A stretch of 64,000 nucleotides of DNA from Zygnema circumcarinatum SAG 698-1b (taxonomy: Eukaryota; Plantae; Zygnematophyceae). The stretch covers positions 4,193,909 to 4,257,908 of the forward strand of contig CM074804.1 in NCBI GenBank assembly GCA_037447605.1, given 5' to 3'. Position numbers and translations under genes: made by a program. The notes under the pieces are model-generated. The model ran no database searches. It saw nothing but the letters and a program-made list of their open reading frames with translations, and was not told where the DNA came from. This document shows, piece by piece, positions 23,212 through 34,241 of this stretch; the first letter of the stretch is position 1; every line of letters begins with the position of its first letter.

Positions 23212-23605
23212 AAATATAAGGGTGTCCGTGTTAACAATAGGCGGGCGGTATTAGGTTAGAGTTACTGTTTGTCCATACGTATCGTATCGTATCGTACCGT
23301 ATCGAAGCCAAGAAGAAGTAGGAGAGGAGCGAGCGCCTCTTACGGCGGCACGTGCGGGAAGAGTCTTGAGCCCGTAACGGCTAGTACAGCTAGTACAGCT
23401 CATAAGGTTAGTACAGTACGGCCAATACGGCTAGTACGGACCTTAAGGCTTGTACAGTACGGTCAATACGGCTAGTACGGTTCGTAAGGCTAGTACAGTA
23501 CGGCTAGTACAATCAGTACAGCTAGTACGGCTAACACAGCCTTACCGTACAAAAAAGTGGTTTTCGCAAAATCAGGGCGAAAATATTGGGTAGCGAAAAT
23601 AAGAG

Positions 23606-24745
23606 GGGTAACTCTACTGCACCCCCGCGTTTTGTCTTTCGCACCCCCCATTTGAAAATTTTGCCTGCCCGTTTTGGTACCCCCCAGTTTTGAATATTTC
23701 GGGAAAAATCTTTTTCCCGCCCCTCCCGTAAACCTCCGCTACACCCCCTCCCCTGCCCTCTCCTCCCCTCCCCTCCCTTCCCCTCCCCTCCCCTCCCCTG
23801 CCATGTCCTCCCCAGCCCTCCCCTCCCGCCCTCCCTCCCTCCCCTCCCTCCTCCTCCCAGCCCTCCCCTCCCTCCCTCCCTCCCTCCCCTCCCTCCCTCC
23901 CTCCCTCCCTCCCTCCCCTCCCCTCCTCCACTCCCTCCCTCCTCCCTCCCCTCCCTCCCTCCCTCCCTCCCTCCTCCCCTCCTGACCCCTCCCCCTCCCT
24001 CCCTCCCTCCCTCCCTCCCTCCCTCCCTCCCTCCCTCCCTCCCCTCCCCCCTCCCCCTCCCTCCCTCCTCCCCTCCCTCCTCCCCTCCCTCCCTCCCTCC
24101 TTGCCCTGTCCTCCCCCGGCCCTCCCCTCCCTCCCTCCCTCCCTCCCTCCTTCCCTTCCCCTCCGCTCCCCTCCCCTGCCCTGTCCTCCCCGGCCCTCCC
24201 CTCCCGCCCACTCCCCTCCCTCCCTCCCTCCTCCCCTCCCCGGCCCTCCCCTCCCGCCCGCTCCCTTCCCCTCCCCTCTCTTCCCCTCCCCTTCCCCTCC
24301 CCTCCCCTCCCCTCCCCTCCTCGTTTTCTGGACATTCCACCCCCCTCGTTTTCTCCTTTTCACTATTGATGACTTCCAACAATGTGCGACAAAGAGAGGG
24401 ATTTGCATTAGTCTCAATATGGTGAGGCCATCAAATAAACAGACAAAGTCAACATGGAACCACAAAAATTACGGAAACCGAGAAGAGGAGAGACGAGGAA
24501 GAGAGGCAAGGAGAGCAGAACAGGAGGAAAGAGAGGAATGAGAAACGAACTTGGAGAGAGGAGGTCCGAGGACAGGGCAAGGGAGGGAGCGGAGGAAGAG
24601 AAGGGAGGAGGAAAGGAAGGAGCAGGAAAAAAGATTTTTCCCAGGAAATATTCAAAACTGGGGCTTAAAACGGGCAGGCAAAATTTTTTCAAAAGGGGTG
24701 CGAAGAAAGGGTACTAAAACACTTGAGGGTGCGGTAGAGTTACCC
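23606..24745. mobile_element. Mutator-like non-autonomous element B
   Basis: About 120-bp TIRs GGGTAACTCTAC... / ...GTAGAGTTACCC; direct repeat AATAAGAG(G) at 23598-23605 and 24746-24753; interior is a CCCT-rich tract plus unique sequence. Confidence 0.85.
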
Positions 24746-24899
24746 AATAAGAGGGGCGAAAATATTGGGGGGGTCTACTGTATCTTAATCACGGTACGAT
24801 ACGATACGATACGATACGATACGAACGAACAGACATGAACTCTAACATAATACCGCTCGCCTATTGGTAACACGGACCTTATATTTGCAAATTACAATA

Positions 24900-25300
24900 G
24901 GAGAACTATATACCGCCCCCATTTTTTTTGGTTATCCCGCCCCTGTTTTTTTTGAAATCACCCCCTCCCATTTTGGCTATTCTGCCTCCCTCCCCCATTT
25001 TGGATATTTCGGGAGGAGATAGCCCCCCTGTTTTGAATATTTCTTTCCCGCCCCTCCCGTCCTCTCCCCTCCCATCCCCTCCCCTCCCCTCCCCTCCCTC
25101 ACCTTCCTTGGCCTCCCCTCCCGTCCTCTCCCCTCCCCTCCCCTTCCCTCCCCTGCCCACCCCTCCCCTCCCTTCCTCTTCTCGGTTTGCAATCTCCACA
25201 CAAATGACTGAGTATAAGACTCGCGATGAGCAAGCAAGCCACAACATAAGAAATTGCCCTAAGTAAAACGAAAGCAATGTTTTCCTTGATGATAAAACGT
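24900..25300 (+). mobile_element. Second copy of MULE element A (left TIR only), interrupted by the assembly gap
   Basis: 24900-25070 matches 21967-22140 (ggagaactatataccgcccc...gttttgaatatttctttcccgcccctcccgtcctctcccc). No right TIR is seen after the gap. Confidence 0.75.
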
Positions 25301-25400
25301 NNNNNNNNNNNNNNNNNNNNNNNNNNNNNNNNNNNNNNNNNNNNNNNNNNNNNNNNNNNNNNNNNNNNNNNNNNNNNNNNNNNNNNNNNNNNNNNNNNNN
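25301..25400. other. Assembly gap (100 N)
   Basis: Run of N; true size unknown. Confidence 1.
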
Positions 25401-26057
25401 TCTCTCTCTTTCTCTCCCCTCCCTCTCTCACAACTCCCCTCTCTCTACTTGTCTCTGAAACAGAATGAACTTACAACCTTCATATCCGGCATAAGCTAGG
25501 CGTGTTTCGCAACTTATATCCGTCAACAAGTTTTGGTTCCTTTTGGAAAACACCTGCGATCACTGTTGCTGAAGAACAACATAGTTGCCCCAAACTGTGT
25601 TATTTTAATTTCCCTTTTTCCCCTTCTACCTCAAATGGCGCTTCCTTCGACTGTCATTAATTAAAAGCACTGCCATAAAAAATACAGCGCAGGGAATATT
25701 GTTCGTGTTTACCATTGATTTGTTTTCATCAATTTTACGGACGTGAGGCTTTTCGAGAAATGAAAGAACAAACAGTAATTTCCGAAAGAGCCGAATGTTC
25801 TTTACAGTGTTCACATTGTGCTGTTAAACAGAACTTTTTGCTCCTTATCACACGAAATCTCGTCGGTGTTACTTTTCATCATTTCATTAAAACTTTTTGG
25901 CCTTTTGGACCTTCGCTTCTTGAACCAAGGTTTGAAAAATGAACTTACCGTATACGAGTGGTTTTATCAAAGTGTAGTTGTCGTCATTTTACTTTGTCGA
26001 ATGTAAAAACTCTGGAAAATAGGAAAAAACCCTAACGGATACTTTTCCTGCGCACAG

Positions 26058-29000
26058 GTGAGGAGGGCAGCAGTGTCTGCTGGGGCTGCCATCCTGAACT
26101 CAACTAAAGACTCACCTGACTGCGTGGAAATGAGGGAAAGGTGAGAGCGTGAACCTGCAGCATAGTCAAGACACCGTTTAGGCACGCCTGTTGATGCAGT
26201 AAACGACGTAGTTTTTTTTCCTCGTTTTTCATTTAATCTAATTTATTTGTTTCAGGTGGCAGGCCTGCATGTGGGCCCTTCTTGCAGTATGTGACGATTC
26301 GGAGGAGGAAGTAAAAAATGCGGCTCTCTCCTCTTACATGGAAACGGCAGCTACGCAACTGAATGGACGGGAAGAGGTGGCTATTTATGGATCATTTTCC
26401 TATCCCATTGCTTTCCTCCAATCTTTTGCATTAGAGTTGAAAATTTATCCACTTCGGCTCTCTATGGAGGCCGTTTTTTGGTCTGAACTTGCCTGTTAAG
26501 CAGAGCTGTTTGTGATTTTAGGACCTCGGCGATGTTGGTCCTCAGGAGTTTATGAGAGAATTTTATCGATCTTTTTTGAGTAAGATTTTAAGTGAGAAGC
26601 TCGAAAAGGAGAATTCCGGAAGGTCCCCAAATCTGCAATTTTTTCGAGGTGACCCGAAAGAAAAAACCGCCGTCATGGTGGCGGCAGCGACCGCAGTTTT
26701 TAGGATGAGAAGGCAGGGAGGGAGGGAGGTAGACTTTTGGGGGAGGGTAGATAGTCCTCCTCTTTATGTGGAAGCCGTCGTTATAGGGGCAGCCATGGCT
26801 CTGGAGGAAGCAGAGAAGAGAAAGGAAAACGAGTTGGAAAGGGCCCTCCATAGTCTCCTGAGGTATACTCCATTTTTCCTTGATTTTATTTATTTGAACT
26901 ATTTCATGTACTTTTTAATGTTGTGGCATAAATAAAATCAACGGCTTTTTTGGGGATTGTTGTTTTTCTGTAGTCTTTCCCATCTCATTGTTACCCTAAC
27001 GGATTTTTTTTTCTTCAGGGTGATTGCTGCAGGTGATTCTGAAGGCGTGTTGCTGCAAATGATTGTGAGGAGGGCGTCCTGCAGTTCAGAGGGGCTTTCT
27101 GAAGAAATTAGGGTTTCCTTGGAGGGAGTGAGCCGGCTAACCATTCTGAAAGCCTTGGCCTGTGCATTTGACGACAGCCGCAACTTTCTCCCTTCGGAGG
27201 AAACACTGCGAGAACGAGCTGTGGAGAAAATTCTTGAGGTAGGATTGCGGGTTTTTGAAACTAAAGTGACAGAAAGTACTTGCCCTTACATGCTCTGCAA
27301 TTTCTGCGTTTCTTTTCCGTATATTTTACGATTTTTAAAGTTATATCTTTGTCAGGAGCTACAAGTACCTTTCACGTTCTTTCAGCTCTCCCTCCCGCCG
27401 AAGCCATCGCATTTGGAAAATTTCTCCGCCTGCTCGTATGCGAATTTCCGTATCCTTCGTGCAATTTTGACAGCTGAAAAGGGGTTGGAATCAGGAGAAG
27501 CGTGTAACAGAAGGTGGGCAGAAGTTATGCTCACATGTGCCTCCTTCCTCGCGGGAAGTGATTCAGAACTGGCAATGAAAGGGAACGGAACACCATGGAG
27601 CTCCGTTGAGCTTCAGAGGGGGGCAGCTATGGCTTTGGAGTCACTCTGTCAATGCTTTGCCTCTCAGAAAAGGGAGGTAGAAAAGGGAGAGGAAGTAGGA
27701 GAGATAGCAAAGCATGGGAACGACGGAGGGAGAGGGAGGACAGTTTCAGGAGAGTTGGAGGGAGGAGAGGAGGAAGGAGTAATGAGGAGAAGGAATTTGG
27801 CGGAGTTAATAGCTGAGCTGCTGCCACCTGTGCTTCCAAACCTGCGGAAAGCTATGGGGGGAATGGATCTGGACGGAAAGTGGGGAGGAGGCCCTACCTG
27901 TACGGCGGAGTTGGCGCAGGGAGAGGAGCTTGGGAGAGCAGCTGTAGCTTCCACTCAGCTAGCTTGGTGCCTTCGGCAGGTGAGTTCAGGCAAAAGGGAG
28001 TCCTTTTTATCGTCTTCTTTTCCTTTTTTGTTAAAGACCTAACCGGTTTAATGCATGTTTCCAGAAGCAGTGACGGAGTATAAGCATGAAGTTTACGGGT
28101 AGCATTCCTTGGTTTGTAACCCAGAATAGGGGGTCCTCGAAAACGACTCTCGTTTTCCGTTTCAGTTTTAGTAATTCGTCTTCTACCTGCTTGGGGCTTG
28201 CAGCTGGACTCCTTTTCTCTGCAGAAAGTTTGCCCTCCTGTCCTCCCCTGTCTTCTCACTGCCATGGATCACTATTCACCGCTCGTCAAGGTCAGCTTTT
28301 CCCAAACCTGACTGTCGGCGGTAGAGTTCTTTGAAGATTTTAGAATTTACCAAATTTTCTCAATCGTTTCCGTAGAAAATGGGCTGCAATTTTTTCCCCT
28401 AAGGAACTTCATTGGCCATTGTTTCAGAGGCCTGCAATCGTTGGACTCTCGAAGATCGTGGAACTCGCCTCAGACAGCCAGGTGCACTGGTTTGCTGAGG
28501 TGGCGTTGGATGCCACGTGTCACAATCTCATTGGTTGTGAAGATGAAATTTGGGAGGCGGGGCTGCCTCTTGCAGTCGGCCTTTCTCGCCGTTTCCATGG
28601 CAGCAATGTGAGGGGATTCTGGTGAGTCCACTCTTTATTAGGATTGCCTGTAGTTAGGGTCTTTGTTCCTACATGAAGTTAGGAACAACCGACACACAGC
28701 TGCCGTATTGGTCCTATCTTAAGCCTTTGAAGGTCATATATGTCTGAACAAGTTTGAGTTTGCATGATTTCATATTCCTTTGCCTATCAGGGCCCTTGGC
28801 CAACTCTGCACTGAACTATGATGTTCTTATGTAAGCATATTTGTAGGCCATAAGTTATTCCTCTTTTTTTGGTGGTTTATAGGTACGACCGCGTGATGGA
28901 TTTGACCCTATCGGACATGGAGAGGCGCGGGAAAGAGCGGAGGAGATGTGAGACATGGCTCCTGCAGGCGGAGCTGCTCATGGCGGCCATGAAGCTTGTG

Positions 29001-29848
29001 ACTGCTGCGCACCTGAAGCGGCTCCTTCCTCTCCTCTTCCGCTGCCTCCACTTCAGCACCGACTCCACTGTGCTTTTGGTATGTGGGAGGGTGGCAATGT
29101 CATGTTATGTCATGGCCTGTTTCTCAAGGCATGTCAATGTGACATCATGTCACGTTCTGCGGATTTCTGTCATGTTATGTCATGTCCTGCCGCATCGTCC
29201 ATGTCAAGCCATGTGGCGACATGTAGTGTCACATCATGCCACTTTATGTCGTGTCGTGACATTATGTCATGTCATGCCTCTACTACATCAGCTCTTTTGC
29301 CTGTGGTTGGATGGAGCTGGAAGTGGCAGAGACTGGAAGGATGTTTTATATGTTGTCACATGGCAATGGGACCATAGTTTTTGCGGTGGAGGTGAACGTG
29401 TTCTGCTTTGCTTTGGTGCAGGTGCTCGCCCGCCTGAAGGATGTGGTGAGGTGGACATGGCCGCGGATGGCAGCACATCAAAAAATGTACGTCTCTGTCT
29501 CCCTTTATCTCTCTCTATCTTTCTCCCCCCTCTCTATTTCTCTGTCTCAAATTTCACATTAGTCTGATGCCTGCTCAAATGCCGATAGCAGTCTTTTCGC
29601 CTCTGCTGTGCTGCTGCTGGGAATCACTTGACAACCTTTTTCCTGTGGTGGGTAAGTTCCATTGCAGGTTTGCGGCGGAGTTGGAGGAAGCCGGCAGAGA
29701 AGCTGAGAAGCGCAAGTTGCGCGAGCAAATAATGGAAGCTATTCAAGAACTCTCAGGTCTTATCGAGGGGTGTTGTTCGGTAAACGGAGATTTGTGGAAC
29801 CAGTGTAAATTCAAAAAAGCAACAATCTGTACAACTGTAGGTGCGTAA
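26058..29848 (+). CDS. TTI2: ARM/HEAT-repeat protein, TELO2-interacting protein 2 (TTI2)-like (At2g39910-like); 5' exons not located
   Basis: C-terminal exons read VLPCLLTAMDHYSPLVK / RPAIVGLSKI...HWFAEVALDATCHNLIGCEDEIWEAGLPLAVGL...GFW / YDRVMDLTLSDMER...RLLPLLFRCLHFSTDSTVLL / VLARLKDVVRWTWPR, matching the plant TTI2 pattern as I recall it. The start codon and last exon are uncertain. Confidence 0.75.
29077..29420 (+). repeat. Degenerate (CATGT)n-type 5-mer repeat in a TTI2 intron
   Basis: catgttatgtcatgg...catgtcaatgtgacatcatgtcacg...gtcatgttatgtcatgtcc. Confidence 0.6.
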
Positions 29849-32220
29849 TTTTGAGGGTGACATCGTCCATTGTACATCGTACAGACAAGTGAATCGAGCA
29901 AGGCTTGAATGGAGGTGCTTGAGACGACCCCTCGAACAAGAAGTCGCCTCGCCTCGCTTAAAACCCCCAATATCCTAAAATCCTAAAACCCCAGAACCCT
30001 AAACGCCCGCGAGGCGCGCGGGTCGGTTTGATGGGAACATCCCGGGGCGCGATCGTACGGCAAGCGCGGACGGCGAGTCGCATGGCGCCACGTGCACGGA
30101 CGGCCGTGCCCGGCGTAACGACACTGCTGCACTGCTGTACATAGAAATGCGTGCGCATGGAGCGCCCCTGACAGTCCGGCCGTACGAGTCTTTGCGGTCC
30201 CGCGGTCACGCTGTACGGCCGTTCGTACTCCGTCAGCGAAACTCTGGTGCTGATGGCGCGCCGCCACGGCCCTCGACAGTCCCAAATTCGGCAACTTTAA
30301 ATCCCTAGGATCTGGATTCGTACAATACGGTTGTGCCCTGGCATGGGCGGGCGCCGGCAAATGAGTCAGAGTCCGCCACGTAATCCTTCCGAAGTCTCGG
30401 TAGCTGTGATTGGACCATGCGCGTCGAGGTACGGCGTATCCTCTCGCGGGTGGATCGACGTGGCCCGATCGAGCCCGGCCACGTCTGCAGACTATCTGAA
30501 AAACGATACGGCACGTCGAAAGATATTTTTTGGACGCGACGAAAAGTTCACGATTGCCCTAATCGGACGGCCCAGATGCGTTCATACGGATACTTTGATG
30601 GCGTGGCGACGTCAGAGCCGCCCGATCCCACCGCGGATCGAGTACCACGTCGGCTGAGGGCCAGAGCTAAGGGCGGTCGCCGCTTCGACAGAATCTGCAA
30701 AGAAAGATTGCGCGAATTCCCCGATGACGCTTTTGTCGTGTAGCTCGTTAATTCCGTCAGCTTGGGGCTGCGCGTGCGCGCTGTCGGTGGTAAAAGGACG
30801 AAATGTACTTCAAAAAACTGTTGCCGTACAGCGTATGCGAGCAGGTACGTCTGTACGAACATCAGGCCGTACTCCAAAGATCGCGTCCCCTGCCGCCCGT
30901 CAACGCGGCGCTTCCTGTCGAAAAAAACCACCAACCGGTTTCTGTCGCCGACGGGCAGAGGGCCAAAAAGTTGAGCGAAACAGTTGCGGGCGCTCGGCCG
31001 GTCTGCCCGACAGCTCCCCGGCCCGCCCGCCAACAAACCGGAACGGTCCGGAGCCGGGTCCGGACCGTTTTCATGTTTAAAAAAAAAAAAAAAAAAACCG
31101 TTTCTCTTTTTCCTGACGAGTCGGACACCGGCCCGCCCAACGAAGTTTTTTGGAGCCGTCCGCGGGCAGGCGGAGGGGCCGCGGCCAGCCACCACGCGGC
31201 GCGTTTCTCCCCCTCGATTTTTTTTTTGCCAAAGTTTTTGTCATCCGGTCTGCTGTACTAGCCACGTGGCAACTCTAATCTGCTCTCTCAACCGTCAGCT
31301 GGCGCCACGGCAGAGGGCGGGGCCCATTCGCCGCGTGGCGTGCCCGAAAACGACGCGGGTCTGCCTGGGGAGTTGTTTCGGAAGCAGTACTCTTTACCCT
31401 CCTGTGGCCATATAGCATGGACCTCGTTTCGAAATATACTTTTGCTACTTTGCTGTATTTTTTTGACAGGCCCTCGAAGGAATAGGCAACGTCACGTCAC
31501 ACGAGGAAAACGTCCGTTCGATTTTTGCAAGCCTGGCCTGTCTGCTGACGTAGGCAGACGTCAGATAATTTGAAGCCTTCCTTGCGAATACTTTTCCGAG
31601 AACCGCAGCAAGAAATTTTCCTTCTCCAGTTTTTTCCCTTTTTTCCCTTTCCAGCGTCCCCTCTGCCCGGGGCCTGAACAGTTTGTTTCCGGCCGCCACG
31701 TGCCTTACAATAAAACTTTCCTGCTGCCCGCCCGCGTCGGCGTCCGTACGGTCACAAACCGCCCGCTGCCCTCGCCTGCCCGCGTGCGGAAAAGCGCGCG
31801 GTCATACGCTGCGCGCCACGGTGGGGCTGTGACGTGGAGCGGCGCCATTGGCCCTCCTCTGCCTCAACATCAAATAAGCGCGAACGGGCCTCCACCCTTT
31901 GAAGCGACCTTTGCCTGAACTGCGCTCCTCTCCGTTCCTCCGCTTTCGCAGGGCCCGGGCCGGTCAGGGAGGGAAGGAGGGTCCTGAAAGCGCGGGGTAC
32001 GTATTTTTGGAATCTGTCGGATATGGCGGTGCAAGGTTCTCAGTGGGGGACCTGTCTTGGCTTCTTGGCAAGTCGGGGACGGTGATAGACAAGATAGGGG
32101 AGTGAGAGAGGGGAATCACGGGAGGAGGTGGCCTGTACAAGTGCGAAGCAGCGATTTGTCTTACCTTTTCAGAGACATAGAAGCTGAGAAGATTACATCT
32201 TTCGGGTACTACTGCAAGTC

Positions 32221-34241
32221 ATGACGTGCGGTTTCGCGCCGAAGAGACGACTCGCAGCAGGGGGGGTCGTAGCTCGGAAGCGAGGCAGGAGTGACGGTTT
32301 GAATGATGTTCATCAATTGGACACGCAGCAAATTGTTAACCATTTCAACCGCCTTTCTGTAAGTGGAATAGTGGCAATTTTACACATGGAAATTTTACAC
32401 ATTGTCTGACCCTGAAGTGCACCCTAGACCCTGCTATTTCTTCGTGCAGTTCCTTTTCCTCATCTTGCTTTTATTCTGGTGCTGAAAACTTATCGATTCT
32501 TGTATACACGTGACGTTAATGTTTGGCTTTTTCCTGCAGAATGACCCTTTGCTCCTTATTTTTGGGAAAGTATACAGCAGCGCATCAGTTCCAAGTGACT
32601 GCGCATCGCTTGCTCTGACGTGCGTATTGCTTCCTGAAACTCATCAAATCCAACAAGTCAATGTGTTATTTCCTTTGCATATGTGATCTAAAACTCTTTT
32701 CGTCATCCTGTATCCGTTGCTTCGTCTGCCTTCTCACGTTGCACCCGCCAATGTCTTTATTGCATTCTGTTTTTTCGCCTCTACTTCTTCTGCTGTCTAA
32801 AATCTCTCTAATGGTGCATACACTTACGGTGACCATGCAGCTGCAAGCGATTCCGTGCGGCAGCCATGGATCCGCAGGTCTTGCTGCACGCCTCTGAGGG
32901 AGCCCTGTCAGTTAGCGCCAAACGTTGGTGTGAATCGTCCGAGAGGTTTCTCCACAGTTGTGCTACGGCGGGAAATCTGGAAGCCCTTTACATCCTTGGC
33001 ATGGTACCCACCCTCACTCACACACTCAGTATCAAGGAAAAGTTCCTCCCGCGCGTCTCACCAGCAACATGCGAAACTGACATTTTGCACGTTTGTAACG
33101 TGCAGATTCGGTTTTATTGTCTCGGCGACAGTTGGCTTGGCGCCTTCATGCTTGCAAGAGCAGCTCTCGGAGGCCATGCTACTGCAGCATACGCACTCGC
33201 TATTGTTCATTTCAATGGGAGCGCGGGCACGCGGGAGGATCGCAACGTCCAGGGGGGGGTTCTGCTCTGCGGCAAAGCTGCAGGCTTAGGCTCGCTATCG
33301 GCTATGCGGGAGCTCGGTCACTGCTATCAGGTGGGAAACATCTCATTTAGAAATGCATGTCATGTCTCATAATCGTCTTTTCAACCTTCGCAAATCTGGT
33401 TTCCGCTGGTTTTGTGGATATTCCTGAACGACAGGGGTGCTTTTTGTGGCTGCAGGATGGCTACGGCATAATTCAGAATGTACAGATTGGCCGGCGCGTT
33501 CTGCTCCAGGCGAATGCAAGGGAGCTACTGGCTTGCTTGACTACGACGACTCTGAAGAGCACAGAGCTCCGCGCCTCTTTAGCGGAAATGTGTCCGAGTG
33601 CGATTCCTCCACCATCTCCCTCGGCAGTTCGAGCTTCTCTCATGCAGAGACCGGAGCAGGAGAGCTCCAAATCTTACCCTCAAGTGACAGCCCTGGAGGG
33701 AAGCCATGGTCTCTCGCTTGCTAATCCTTCACTGCCTCCAGTGGCGAAAGTCTCTCCGTCGAACTCTACCCCTACAGTCAACGCCTCTCCCTCTGTCACT
33801 CTCTCTCCGGCTTCGTCAACTCAAGAAGGCTCCCCATTGCAAGCTTCTGCAATTCGCAGCCTGAAGTTAACGGCTGCTACACCTGCTACGTGTGAGCACG
33901 GATTCGCCCAAAAGCACGACCAATGCAGGGGCCCCGTTTCCCAGATGTGCCTAGTTTTTGGATCGGGAGTTAGCCGTGAGCCTTTCCACCTTCCTCGCAT
34001 GCCTGTACCTGCCGCCAACAGCTTTCTCCTTGAGTGGTTCTCCCTTCACCCCCCCAAAGATGGCCTGCAGCTTTGTGGGAATGAGAGGTGTGGACGTCCG
34101 GAAACTCGCCTTCACGAATTTCGTTGCTGCATGATTTGCAGTAAGTCGAAGTACTGCACCAGAACATGCCAGGTGGCAGACTGGCTGGTAAGACACCGGC
34201 ACGTCTGTGAAGGGCAGGGGAGAGACCAGGGAGGCGATTGA
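32221..34241 (+). CDS. F-box protein with SEL1-like repeats and C-terminal MYND zinc finger (At1g67340/At5g50450-like)
   Basis: Five exons: F-box-like DPLLLIFGKV...SLALTCKRF; FLHSCATAGNLEALYILGMIRFYC; AAYALAIVHFNGS...AMRELGHCYQDGYGIIQNVQIGRRVLLQANARE; MYND CGNERCGRPETRLHEFRCCMICSKSKYCTRTCQVADWLVRHRHVC. Confidence 0.92.

Larger units (their letters stand above)
21892..24780. mobile_element. Non-autonomous Tc1/mariner-type element hosting two nested Mutator-like inserts
   Basis: Perfect 26-bp TIR CAGTAGACCCCCCCAATATTTTCGCC / GGCGAAAATATTGGGGGGGTCTACTG, with TA at 21890-21891 and 24781-24782. About 0.49 kb remains after removing the inserts. Confidence 0.9.

Noticed and set aside
21809-25277. 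Long ORFs of 100-280 aa rich in G/R/E or P/S/L
   Set aside because: They are translations of GA/CT satellites inside MITEs; stop-poor by composition, with no domain signal.
3999-29848. RECQ2, TTI2 and telomere-like arrays as a telomere-maintenance locus
   Set aside because: TTI2 acts in PIKK assembly, and eukaryotic genes are not generally clustered by function; treated as coincidence.
30640-30760. Segment superficially resembling a structured RNA or rRNA 3' fragment, and ORF 30417-30743
   Set aside because: No extended match to any rRNA, snRNA or protein family I can recognise, and no Pol III USE/TATA promoter.
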